A DNA stretch of 64,000 bases, from NCBI GenBank assembly GCA_002633005.1, contig NMRA01000100.1:889822-953821 (forward strand). Direction: 5' to 3'. This document shows, piece after piece, positions 26,101 through 38,859 of this stretch. The notes under the pieces are model-generated. The model saw only the letters and a list, made by a program, of their open reading frames with translations. It did not search any database and had not been told where the DNA came from. Source of the DNA: Phoronis australis. Lineage: Eukaryota > Animalia > Phoronida. The translations under genes and the position numbers were made by a program. Within the stretch, counting starts at the first letter, position 1. Every line of letters starts with the position of its first letter.

Positions 26101-27755
26101 CCAGTAGAATGTATCGCTGACACTGCCTCACCCATGGCAGTGTGACGCGCAATATCGCAAAATGGTGGAGTGATAAACTTCGAGAAGAACATTGAGAGTA
26201 CAGACATTTATTTGAAGATATGAAACATAAAACAATAAGAATACGTATCTAACTCTAATATATTCATCTCAAAAATTTGTTTTGGCATGACCGCAATAGC
26301 TTCTACCATTAAACGGAATTTTAATTTTTTACGGAAGATCACAGAGTATGGCGCTGAAAAATTTTGGGAAGGGTGCCGAATCTTATTAAAATTGATGGTA
26401 CCTTACGCTTTGTTACTTGCCGATGTCTTCCGTTATCTCTTTGGAGATTGAAATTTATGTTATCCAGCTATGGAAAGGTTTGGGACATATTTACGTGGTT
26501 GAGTAACATGGTTTACAATTCCCATTATGTGTTGTGAGTAAGGAGCACTCCTTAATAACACAGATCCTACTTTAGCACGTACAAAATTCATCTCAAACCT
26601 TTCCATTACACCCTAAAATAATTTTCTTTCTCAAACTTCTCATACGTTTTGACACGGTTCCCAATTCTTCCAAAATTGCGCTGCCATATCACTTAGTCGT
26701 GTAGCAATGCGTTATTTGACTAACTTAACACGTAACAGTGAATCAGCTTGTTTAAGCATGTTTAACCTACATGTATAATAACACGTACAGTACATGATAA
26801 CTTAATTAATTTATTATTATTTTACGTTATAGGTGTACAAATTACAAAAATTAGAAAAATGAATTACAATTATAGAAGAATAGAGAATAGTATATAGTGC
26901 TCGGATCCGTCCGCACATCTGGAATTGACTCCTGTACTGGTCCCATCCCAAAGTGTCGACCATCTGCGTATGACGTCAGCTCTCGTCTCGCGGTGTTCCT
27001 CGTTATACATCCAGGGATTTCCAAACGACGGTCTCACAATAATTATGTTTAAAGCTCGTGTTTATCAGAAACGGAGTTGCCATGATTTTGAACATGGTCA
27101 TAGCAATTTTAATATCAACTCAAGAAATAACTGTTATTGGCTTTGTAAACATATGTTCACAGTTTCAATCACGCACGCACGAGCAAACTTCCAGTTCTTA
27201 CGCTCATAAAAACGTTTGCGATCACGCACTCACATCCACTCACACGCCTTCAGACACAAACACTTTCCAAACACTTCAGTCGATCCTTATGACATACAAA
27301 CATTCTGAGAGATTGAAAACCTGAGCTATGTGCATCCACAGCTCTACGATCTGAATTTGTTTGCATTTCCAAATCATTCAACCTTAAAGCGACATTTGTA
27401 AATTACTTTGCATTTCGCTCTAAAGTGACATTATCAGCGAAAAGGGTGATTCTTGGAGATCAATCTCTGCGCGGAATGAAGCCTGCAACCTCAGCGGTCG
27501 CAGTAAACGCTCAGCCGGCGGCTCTAGTCCAGTTCAGTGGCAAAGTATTTTAAGGGTTTTTAACTGATGATAGGCGATTCTTTGTTACAAAGTCACAAAA
27601 ACACAAGAGAGGTTGTTATTTGATAGCTTTGATGAAACCAAAAAAATTGAAGAAGTTTATCTCATCGAATAATAATGCCGCCAAAAACCGATAATTTCCC
27701 TTAAGTTTTGATTGCCTTTGCCGTTCACATACAGTTTGATTACAGACTTACTCAC

Positions 27756-27768
27756 CAGCCGTATCCTC
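27756..27768 (-). CDS. 13-nt micro-exon (EDTA + G) following the CTL domain
   Basis: Strong acceptor ctttttaatctttttcacag|GAGGATACGGCTG|gtgagtaagt. Its phase 0 start matches the upstream exon. Confidence 0.6.
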
Positions 27769-28067
27769 CTGTGAAAAAGATTAAAAAGACAACTATTATA
27801 ATATATTTAACATGAGTCATAATTACTTTTGACTATTCAACAACTCGCAACCTCTGCTTCAAATTCGAAATAATTTTTATTGTACTTCTCTCCCTTTGGC
27901 CTCCTTAACTCGTCCCCCTCCCTCTCTCCCTCCTGTCTTACCCTCTCCGTCCCTCCTTAGCNCCTCACTTTCCTCGTAAACGACTTTGTGGAAATACGTA
28001 CTATTGGATAACTCAAACACTTATTTACAGTCATGTCATCCTGTAGAAAGTCATCATAAAAACTTAC

Positions 28068-28188
28068 TGTCTGGCAAACATAGTTATCGTCGTCTGTACA
28101 ATCTTCATCTGTGGTGTCCTCCTGTAGGACGGACAAGGAATAACATTTCGTGTCGCCAGCTTTTTTGTCAACCCATGCAGTGGGAGCT
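28068..28188 (-). CDS. C-type lectin domain, second exon
   Basis: ttgttttcag|A...ACA|gtaagt, 121 nt. Encodes (K)APTAWVDKKAGDTKCYSLSVLQEDTTDEDCTDDDNYVCQT (W, C, D.C and YVC motifs of a CTLD). Confidence 0.75.
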
Positions 28189-28444
28189 CTGAAAACAAGC
28201 GAATTTCTAGGTTATGAACAGTTTTGACAGCACTCGTTCATATTAAAAGACAAACAACTTTGTACTTTTCATAACTATTTCTCTTTACAAATATGTAACT
28301 TAAAAGTCGATGTTCGGGGCCATAGAGAATGCACTATATGAATTTTCAAACCCAACTAAAATCCGAGGGAGCTGTCTCTGTCGTTTTTGAAGTGACGTAG
28401 CTTTATGTAAAATGTCCGCAAAAGCATATCGATGACGATTTCAA

Positions 28445-28883
28445 GGTATCTAAACTACACGGTCAACGGACTCATAAACACAGGTCACGGACGCATGAAC
28501 ACGACTCACGGACCTGCAAACACCGTCCACTGACTCACAAACACGGGAACGGACTCACAGAACACGATCCACGCACCCAAATACACGGGACACGGACTCA
28601 TCTTCACGAGGAAACACGGTTTACGGACCGTCAAACACGGGTCACCGACTCTTCCTGGGTCAGCTGACATCTCCATTTTGTCCGTGACCGTGTTTGGCGG
28701 TCCGTTAACCGTGTTTCCTCAGGAATATGAGTCCGTGTCCCGTGTATATGGGTGCGTGGATCGTGTTTTGCGAGTCCGTTCCCGTGTTTGTGAGTCAGTG
28801 GACGGTGTTTGCAGGTCCGTGAGTCGTGTTCATGCGTCCGTGACCTGTGTTTATGAGTCCGTTGACCGTGTAGTTTAGGTACC
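28445..28883. mobile_element. Foldback/MITE: ~205-bp inverted arms built from ~21-nt subrepeats, ~30-nt spacer
   Basis: 28445-~28649 is a near-perfect reverse complement of ~28680-28883. Termini GGTA...TACC are flanked by TCAA/TTAA (TTAA-type target site). Confidence 0.9.
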
Positions 28884-29581
28884 TTAACGATAGAAACGCT
28901 TAGTTTAATTCATCTGTACCCCATCATCCCAATAAATGTGAAACAATTAAATTGTTTCAATTTAAAAAGCTGCTAACGGTGCCCTGCAGCACTACGAAAG
29001 TATTGGCGATCGACCTTAAATCTCATGTTTTGTTTTTCTGTAGGGGTAATAGTAAACAAGTTCAGTGAAACGGTGCGCGGTGGCACATGTTAATTTTATT
29101 TGTTTATTTATTTATCGATCAAATATTACATACTACGCTTAACATTTAACACTTAGCTCAATATGGCATTATCGAAAAATCGAATAATTAATGTGCCGTT
29201 TTAAAATCATTGAGCAGCAAGTGAATGAATAATTGTCCCAGAAAAATTTCAGAAAATGAGAGAAAAACCCACGTGACTATTTGAGATGTTGAAATCCGCA
29301 TTCAAATCAGATAGTAACTTAGTATGGTAGAACATTTGGCCAAAATAGCTGTATATCTATGTTGACGCAGTTACTTGCCCTTTTTCAGAGCACCTCAGGT
29401 GTTTTTAGTTTCATTTTGAGTGAAATCAATAGATCCGACCCGTCTTCAAATTGACGGACAAGCTGTATAATAGTTCCGTAACTCCGTTGTTTGAGGTTAC
29501 GAAGATGGTGTGTTCACAGAAAACGTCGGTTACAGTATTATTTACTTAAGTTTGAAGAAGACTTAGTGTGTAATTCCTTAC

Positions 29582-29771
29582 TTTATCGCTTTCATTGCAT
29601 CAAGAACGGCCGTCTTTGCTGCTGCGGGAATAGGGTTGGCAAGAAGTTTGGACCCTGTCACCAATCCGTTGCAATTGTCGTTGGCCTTGGCCCAGTCCAC
29701 CGCCATTTGTACCACCTTGTAACACATAGCTTTAGTGTCCACCGTCTTGGATAGCCAACCAGCAGGGCAAC
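29582..29771 (-). CDS. C-type lectin domain, first exon (upstream signal-peptide exon not identified)
   Basis: ttccactag|GT...AA|gtaagg, 190 nt. Encodes CPAGWLSKTVDTKAMCYKVVQMAVDWAKANDNCNGLVTGSKLL, the canonical CP.GW...CY....W..A...C......L pattern. Confidence 0.8.
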
Positions 29772-31099
29772 CTAGTGGAAACAATACATAAACAATAATG
29801 TATCAGACTCAACAGCAGGATGGAAGACAGTCGTTCATGGCGGTCAAAAGTCTCAATGGGGAGATATGTTTGCTTGTTTGTGCTCGATAACCCTTTTTAT
29901 TAACCCGGGGATATACATCATCTAGAATATGGTTTTACTGAGTAAATGTTCTTACTGCACGCCAGAATTATGATATCAAAATCTTACTGCCGTCGACGCC
30001 TCTAGCTGTCATTAACCACACGAGTCCTAGAGCGGAAAGGCTCCACAAAGTCAGTGCTGAATGCCTACAAAATATAACCAGGTTTGATTAATTTTAATTT
30101 TGCCACAGAGTCAATTATTGTAGTACAATGACAAGGAATATCTTGATATTCGAATATCTCCGTACCGTTGTGCCATTTTGTTTTTAAAATGACGACTAGC
30201 GGTCTCGGTGTGACGCGCTCGAACAGTGTGAAGCAAAGAGGAGGGACGTGGCTTTTTATATCACTTGTCACGACGTTAGATGCGTCAACGCTTCATTAAG
30301 GGGACATTTGCGCGCACTGATGGCGTCTTTTAAAAGTTTGGTCTCGGGTGAATTCAATTAACCCATTTTAAATTAACTTTGCAGATGTATAACAAAAAAA
30401 TTATTGTTCAGACAACCTCACAAAAAAAAACGTAAAAAATTGTCCTGCTGCCCAGGCACCGATTTTGTGCAGTGTTCGGGTCTGATTAAAAATGCAAAGC
30501 ATAGACAAACTGTGTTTTTCCAAACATGAAAACGCAAAGCAGTTTAAATTTTTTTCAACTGAACTGAAACCCGATATATGTTACGCACCAGCATTTAAAA
30601 CATGGTTTCGAAATACGACCACTTTGTTTGCCGAACAATAACATGCAGACATAATCGATGATTGATTCAGGAAATTGATTTACAGTCGCTTTTTACCATT
30701 CTTAGTGTTTTTGTACGGCTGCGGGTTTAACTGAGTTGTTTTGAACTGATTTTGAAGAAACATTTTCAAATGCTACGTAAAAATGGTAAACCATGTTTAT
30801 TCTCAGCCATGTAAAGTATGTCTCAAATTTTTCCATATCCTGATAAAAACGATTCCCTTCCCATAACAGGGATTCAATAAGGCATCGACAAGTAAAATGG
30901 TCGTCAAAAAGCGACCATTGTTGACTAAGTTCCACAGCCCTGTCAAAACTGGGGAACTGAATGTCAGTGGCAGCAAAGAGATCTCTTGAGTTCTTTTGAT
31001 TGTAGAATCCTCTTGCTTTCATGCAAATAAACTTTTTAGACAAGTTTGCCAGGAGTTCAGTCACAATACATATTTCACGTAAAAACATCATAAGAAATA

Positions 31100-31826
31100 G
31101 TACAAATAACTAAAAAAAGTTCTATTCATTAAAGCTGGGCTTACATACAAAGAAGTTAGGCTACATGATATTGTAACTAGAGCAAACTAGCAACGCTTCG
31201 TAAACTCCACCTGTCCGTGCATACATTCAAAGTCTTAACAGCATAAACAAAATCCTCTTTGACTCCTACAAAAGACTGAACACAAGACCAGGACTGCGGC
31301 AAAGTAATTTATGCACTATACCATCTTCCCTCAGTCAAGCCTTCAGGAGATCTGTGATATCAACTTTCTTTCACAACTGGAATTCCTTACCATCCAAAAT
31401 AAAAGAAAGTCCTTCAATTATCACTCTCAAAAATAACTTTAAACTACATACCGCCACTCTAGACTTGCCAGTCTCGTTGACATTATTCCGACCTCTTCGA
31501 AACCATGAAATAACCCCACACAGATCTATATGCGCACTATTCCTAACGACAAATTTAGACAAAATTTTAATAAGATTTTTCCTCTGTTGTCATGTGGAGA
31601 CACTCAGACATATGCTCATATTTTTCTTTGCTTGTGCGGTAAGCCGGGAGCACAGGGTACAGCTTTTCCAGACACTCGAACAATACCACAATGTTTACAA
31701 AAATATTCAGATTTTCCACGAATGTACAACAAAATCATTTTTTTCTAAGTGATTGTAAAGAACTTGACTAAATGAAAATAAGGTATTATGCGAAATAGTT
31801 TCAAAATTTCTTTTCAACATTAAATC
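31100..31826 (+). mobile_element. Degraded LINE 3' region (CR1/L2-like RT C-terminus)
   Basis: WNSLPSKIKESPSIITLKNNFK and LCCHVETLRHML.FFFAC...R..L motifs, with frameshifts. Confidence 0.65.
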
Positions 31827-31933
31827 TGTTGCAAGTAGTTCATCCCGTTCAATCCGCCATCTTCTTGATCACATCACGTGACCTAATGAATATAAGAAGA
31901 TGGCGGATTGAACGGGATGAACTACTTGCAACA
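31827..31933. repeat. Perfect 40-bp inverted repeat with a 27-nt loop
   Basis: 31827-31866 TGTTGCAAGTAGTTCATCCCGTTCAATCCGCCATCTTCTT is the exact reverse complement of 31894-31933. Confidence 0.95.
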
Positions 31934-33119
31934 TATTCCACGCCTCACTGAATAAGATGGCACTTACACAATATTAAATCTCTTTGTTTGAGTCAATAAC
32001 ATCATATGTATGTGTTTATTTTCGAATCATCACTTTGACTGTAAAATCCCTTGTTGCGTATGAAAATGATTTATTTGTATTCGTAATCATATTTATATTT
32101 AAAACATATCATTGTAATCTTAACATCAGTTTATAAATTGATGTATTTGTGTATATTGTATATAGGTTTCTTTGTATTGTAGTGTTTAGCCCAGATACAA
32201 TGCCTCTTGGCGCTTTCTGGGTCTTAATATTTATTGTACTGACTATTTCATAATAAACATTGACAAAATATATTATAGTAGTTAATAGAAAATAAAAAAA
32301 CAGAGCAACGAACACCAAAATAATAATACATTAAAATTAAGAAAAAAGTAAAAAAAGAAAGAAAGAGGAAAAAGAGACCCCAGGAAGGAAAGTCATTGAT
32401 TCACTGTTAATACTATTTATTGTTAAATAGATAATAACAATTAAAGCTCTATTCTGATACATATCTAGAATTTACAAATTTTTTCAAGTATATCTTTCTA
32501 TAGAGCCGGAGTTAGCTCATTTCAGATTTTTTTGCCTGAGACGTGTTGTAGGGCGATAATGGTGCATAAAATATCATCTGGATTCAGACACTCGCTTATA
32601 AAATGACCACTTTCATTGCTTGACATAAATAGAAAATAATGACTTTTATATTTGAAGTGTAGTATGCCATTAACATCAAATGATCCTACAAATGATCTAT
32701 CAAAGTGGTTATTAAAACGATTGATATTTAAAAAGACATTATTTGCAAATTTAGTATTGTTGAAATTCAGTTCAGGTTAGGCCTAATGGGCACTGGATTT
32801 TTTTCATGGGGTGCGCAGTTTTGGATTCGCTTCAGTAAAGGGTACGTTTTTTTGTAAATGCATGGTTTTAACAAGATTGTATTCGTCCAGTTTTAACTTG
32901 AACTTTATTACTGTGCACGCTACCATTTGTTTCGACGAGCAAATATTCCACATCTCGGTAAAATCTTAACAGAAAATGAAGGACGCGAGTGGCTTCGAAC
33001 GACAAAAGTATGCTTTGAGACATAGCTATGCATCAAGCGTTTTCTAATAGTTTGCCTTAGTTCAAGTCTGTTGTAGCTGCGTGACTTTACGTCATGTTTT
33101 TACTTTTATTTTGAGGTAA

Positions 33120-33740
33120 AACATTTATTAATCCAACCAACCAGTACATAGTTGTACAGCAATATGAAATCTAGTTAAGTATATCAAACAGAAAGTTGTA
33201 CAGCAATATGAAATCTAGTCAAGTACATCAAACAGATTAGAAACATTATCGAACCCTATGAAAGCTAGTTGCTAGGCAAAAAAGAAGACCCACCTTGCCT
33301 GGAATCTCTCAGGAGCCAATTTATAATTGTAAATAATGTTTTCCAGGTTGTGGTAATCACATACCTCCCGTAAAAATGACTGCAAATTGGGATTAGCCTT
33401 TTGCCTATATGAATGAAATTTCGCTAGGCAAAGAATTGAATTTACAACTTCCAATCTACAGACCGGATCTCCAAACATATTTAACTGCAGAGGGAGATCG
33501 CAGTGATTTATCATCCATGTTTTTAAACATCTCCAAAACTTCTGAACAAGTGAACATTCCCAACACAAATATAGAATTGTTTCTTCGTGTTGCTCACAGA
33601 AAGTACGCAAAAACAATTCGCTAACACATATTTTCTTTAAGTAAGAAGTTTATACCAATAAGTTTGTGGTTGATACGGAATTGAAACCATCTGAGTCTGA
33701 CATCAGAATTACAATGATAAATTACAGAATGAATTTTGAC
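33120..33740 (-). mobile_element. L1/Tx1-like LINE 3' end (zf-RVT region) with a 44-bp tandem duplication in its 3'UTR
   Basis: LRWFQFRINHKL...TFCEQHEETILYLCWECSLVQKFW...NSILCLAKFH. Direct repeat at ~33150-33236; minus-strand AATAAA at ~33124. Confidence 0.75.
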
Positions 33741-33920
33741 TTTAAGTCATGTTGTAAGTATAAGTAGTTCAACCGCTGTCAGCTAATTATAAGAATTTCT
33801 ACCTGTTCAATTTTCCGCCCAAGTTCACCAAAATGCCAATACTCAAATTTTTAAAGAAGGAGTAAATAAACGAGCATGTTAGGTCAAGACGGGTGAAAGT
33901 CTTTTGGGCGAAAGTCTTAA

Positions 33921-34453
33921 AGAGGCCTGGAACGCGTTAAACAGACTAAATTGCAATATTGAAAGTGGTTATCTGCCAGTGAAACAGAACTCAACCTGCT
34001 CACCAGGTATTTTTAGGTTTTGTTCGTAAAGATTTTTAATTTCTGTTGATATTAAAGCATTTTCTTCATATTTCAAATTTCCAAAAAACGATCTGTCAAC
34101 TGCTCGCCATTTTTCTCACACAAGGCAAAGCACGTCTCCTTATTTAGTATGACAAAACATAGACATAGACATAGCAAATTTCCCCGAATGTGACTTTTGA
34201 CCTCAAGCGACTTCAAGCAACTGACTTTGAGCGCATGCGCACATTTATCATGTTGGAGGCAGATTTGAAACTCTGTGGTAACCACAGAGTTTTTCCTTCG
34301 TGAGTATTTCAAAAATCGTGAATTTTGTGATTTTTTTCTGAAAATTTCATCTCTGGGAAAAGTGAATTACTCTGTATTAGACGTTTCGAGATGATGCTTT
34401 CGTCAGGTATTGTTTAAAAGATATTTTTGAGATCTTTCGCTTTCCATGCTTCT
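33921..34453. mobile_element. Kolobok-type non-autonomous DNA transposon
   Basis: TTAA|AGAGGCCTGGAACGCG ... CGCTTTCCATGCTTCT|TTAA: 13/16 TIR match with TTAA on both sides. Confidence 0.65.
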
Positions 34454-34457
34454 TTAA

Positions 34458-35577
34458 AGGAAAATGCCACCAAAAACAACGTATTTTGTATCAATATAAA
34501 TCGAGTAGTTCCACTCGATAACAACAAGTTCAGTTCTTTAACCTGACACCAGACGGCAGACGGAGGTGCTGAAATTAATCAATGACGTCACAAGTTCTAA
34601 CACAGTCTGCTGAGCAGATCACAAGACGCTTACTGGTGTTAGCTTATCGCTTGAATTCATCGTTTTACACCAATAAATCATCAAAATTCGATGTAAAAAG
34701 CTCGTAAATATATTGAGCTTTTAAACAAATGAGCCGTTTTATTTCGCTATCACGGATTTATAGAAATTTTGAACGTACCGTAGCCTACAAAATGCGGTAG
34801 ATCAACTTACCAAGGTCGGTAGCGGGAAGTTTTGAGTCTTTTCGGTGATAAATTAGAAGTTCCCCTTGGCACAGAACCGCGTACAGGGAAAATGTGTACA
34901 GTAAAAATGGTTTGAATAATGCATATATATCTGATTAAAGATTCCCCTAGCATCTGACCATAGCAAATCGAGTTAAACAACAACTTTTTGTCAGCAAACA
35001 CTGAATTAGCATGCGCTCACACGGCTGCCTTCAAATTTTCATGAAGCCGGTAACGCAGTAAGATATTTATTCATATTTCACTTCTCAAAACATTTGCATT
35101 CACGAACACTCCTAAGGCATTACAAATTGTATCTGCTGAGACAGACTTTGACACTTTGTTTCAGTTTTATACAAACATTGGTTATTAAGGTGAAAACAAT
35201 TTATTTTGAAACAGAACAATGCCGGCCACAGGCACGGAGATATTTCACGGCCTCAAACTTGGTATTAACAGCGTACTTTTCGTTCTTTACTGCCGATAAC
35301 CACTTCCGAAGCATTTCGGATTCTCGAGGAAATTGACGAAAACGATATACCCGTTTTCCTCGTAGCTTCACGGTTTGCGCAAGAGAGAACGATACGCTAC
35401 ACTGTAGCGGCACACACTCAGCGGAAGAACCACTTACGTCGCTGTGTCGTGTACTCACCTTCCTCACAGGTTAACGCGACACCTTTCGGCGAGGTGAGAT
35501 CGACTGTATACGAGGTGAGGTGGATATGGACCAATTATAGGGTAACAAAAACTCATTAAACGGGGTGTCATTCTTTT
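34458..35577 (-). mobile_element. Kolobok-like deletion derivative carrying a THAP-domain remnant (35201-35467, minus)
   Basis: CVPLQCS...FRQFPRESEMLRKWLSAVK...LRACGRH fits the C2CH THAP pattern. TTAA|AGGAAAATGCCACC with a weak right TIR GGTGTCATTCTTTT|TTGA (10/14). Confidence 0.5.
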
Positions 35578-38500
35578 TTGATTAAACACCCATGGAGATG
35601 ACATGAACACATTCGGTAAATTGATTGTCGTTTACAATACAATTAATTTTCTATGAGTCAGAGTGACGGACGTGTACAACCGTGTACCAATGTTACGCAG
35701 TTTCTGCAGTGTTAAGCAGCGCGCTAGGTTTAATATTTTGGTTAACAGCATAATTAAAAATGAAGAATAGCAAGGAAGATGTTATAATTTCATTAATTGA
35801 AAAAAGTATATTTTCTGCAAGGCCCATTTTTTCTTCTTGCTTTTCCAAAATACAATGGACTTGTTCAAATCATCAAACAACAATTACAACCATTGGACAT
35901 TATAATTTATTGTTTTCATAATTTGTTCTTTAACATTTGACTAACCCACAATATTCAATCATTGTGTCACTTTCAAACGAAAATGAACTTAACGAAACCC
36001 TGGAAGGGATTTGAATTTCAAATTGGGTGACCTTGTAAAAATTGACGAATACATGACTGAAAAATAAACTGGACCGTATCGTCACCACCGTGAAATTAGG
36101 TACTGAGAGTAACATGTTTGAAGTTTTGCGGTCATCGTATAATACTCTTGATTATAGTTATGACATTTGTATATGTAATACCGGTATTTTAATTTTATTG
36201 AACACAGTAAAAAGGTACCACATGGTAAGTTTATTCTGAGCAACTGACCATAAACATAAAGATAAAACAATAGAAATATTTTAGAATAGTCAAAATACAA
36301 AATTCATTGTTTTATTAAAATACTCCCCTTGCCAATAACTAAAGGAGAATCTGCAGTTATTTTATATTTTTTTGTAAACTTTTAGAACCTTTTGAGACGA
36401 CGGACGTGCGTTACCTTGATGTCCAACGTGTAGCTATCATGAAGTTTCGATTTTAAAAATGGCTTTAGAAACATGGAGAAGCGTTCGATTCATCGCTTAA
36501 TTGCTTATGAAGTATAGAAATTGTATAGAGAGTTTGGTGCTGAAATGATGAAGAACCACTGCTGGCACTGTAGCGATGAGACCTATGGGTGGCAATAGTA
36601 TCAAGATATGGGGAACAAGTATTCTTAAAGATACAGTGCATCAGGCGTCACTTCATAAGATCAGTTTTGCTTTCTAGGGAGAACTCGTTCGCGCCAATAT
36701 GGGATATAAATGGTAAGGAAAAATTGAACAACTTAATCGTAACATCTTTACAATTTACTTTTACTGGTATAAGTTAAAACATAGATCCAGTGGCAACAGA
36801 CACAGTCAGAATGGCATGAAATAAGAGCAGAGACCTCTTTTGGCATCAGCCAGCTGTTAATTATTTCTATTAATAGATCATAATCCCACATAACAATTTT
36901 CTTCGCTAATATAGAGTTTAGAAGTCTTAACAACCTATTATGAAGGCGTAACAAGTATAACCCTCTTTTGTTATTCGTTGTTTCCCTTTTCGTCACCATG
37001 CAAGGCATGATTCGGACTAAACCTATTTAACTCGAAAATAAAACCGTATTGCTCTAGTCTGAACAATGTCGATACACTGAAATTCTTTACAACTCTAAAT
37101 ACGAGAAGAATAATCTAAAGTAGCAGTTATTTTCGAGCTAAACAACGCAGTAAAAGTTTTGAAAAAAAAAAAGAATTATTATTTTACTTTTCCAAACGCC
37201 GGGTTTACCTGCAGGGTTTGCTAAAGTAGATGCACCTTCGTTGAAATCCAAAGCATAGATATTGATATGACGAATGACAATTTATGATATCAGTACCAAA
37301 TTTAAATTCAAAGTTGTTTCTCTCCTGGGATTTGGTCGAAAATGTAAAATATTTTTCGTCATTTCCACAACCATTAGATCGTCATTTTGTACGCCGCTTG
37401 TCTAAAATTGACAACTTACAAATCCCGTTCATTTTCTTAGAGAAAACTACTATAAAACAATAGTCTGAAAACATATTTGCAAAATCTAACTCCTAACACA
37501 CAACCACCGGAACTGTCCATCAATAACTTATTTTGTAAATACGTCATATAAACAATGAACACACCTATACCACCCAAGCCTTAATTGGGTATATATAAAA
37601 TATAGACATATTTTCTCTTTTGTAACTCTCTCAGGGGGGGGATCAACTTCTATTACGTAAAGCATAATTACATACGACACTTTCACTCGAAAGAAGTAAT
37701 ATCAGAGTAGTTCATACACAATTTTATAAATTTTCTTAGTACATTATTTGAAAAGATGTCGCAAGGAAATAGCATTGGGTTGGGGCGACTGACGATCGTA
37801 ATCTGTGCAAGAGAATATGTGGTGACACCTGGTGACGACTACACACTGCAAAACCTTGTTTTCGGTGGTCTGTTTGCCGCTGCCCTCTTCTACAGCCTGC
37901 TTAAGGAAACACCTAGAAACTTATTAAAAGTGGGATCAAAATGTGACATTTGAGACCCATCAACCCAAATTTTGCTTGGGCTGCCACCAGTCTCCTCTCA
38001 TACTATCTCCACCTCACGAAACAGGCTTCATCGGTTTGATTCTTTTCCTGTGGTCCCACTCTCGCGCCATCTATTGTTGACTGTGAGCTGGTGCTTTTCT
38101 GAGCGCGAACCACAATTATTTCTCTTGTGCGAAACTCGCTTTGTTGGTCGGATTGTATGTAACAGGCTGCAAGTGGACTAAACCAGAATCACGTAAACAC
38201 GGATAAATTCTGAAAACTTCTTGGGGGAGGGCAAAAGTCGGTCAACGAGGACCAGGAGNGTTGGAGTGGTGGCGCGACTGAGTAGCTGGCTTTCAGTTCA
38301 TGGTCCATCCGGCATGACCTCGGCACGAGGCAAACTGGTTTGGTGAACTCTAATTAAATTGTACTCCCTTTTCAATCATGTTTAGGCCCACGGGCCTGCT
38401 AGAGCGACGAGGTGAGAGGGTGGATATAAAACGGTTGTTGGTGACAGCGTTGTGCACCCGGCTGCCGCTAAATGGGTCGGGCTACGGATGGAGGTAGTAA

Positions 38501-38859
38501 AACTGGTGTCTATCTTGGCCGAAGGGGAATCTGGGTGGGTTGTGGCGGAGGCGAAAGTGGAGTAGAGACTTCGATCGGCATCATCAAAGGGAAGTGACTG
38601 TCTTTGGTGTAATTATAAAATGCACAATATGCAAATTAAACAAAACACGAGGCGAAAAGATTTTTTAAAATTGGAGTTTGGACCACTTTTAGACACATTC
38701 GAAATCAAAGTGTGCAACTAAGGCCACTTGTTCATGTTATTTCAAAGTCACAAAAAGTGAACCACGATAACCACACTTAGATTTTCAAAAACTTGTCAAC
38801 TTCAGTGACCGGTTTGGTACATTATAAAGTCGTGGCTAAGTGCGCGCATGAGAGAACGA

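Noticed and set aside
28445-28883. Regularly spaced ~21-nt repeats suggestive of a CRISPR array, and ORF 28678-28878
   Set aside because: The units are degenerate, have no unique spacers and form inverted arms. The context is eukaryotic with no cas genes. The ORF is a by-product of the repeat.
36775-36845. Signal-peptide-like frame RSLLLFHAILTVSVATG on minus, as a possible first exon of the lectin gene
   Set aside because: The nearby ATG is in a different frame and there is no GT donor at the required position.
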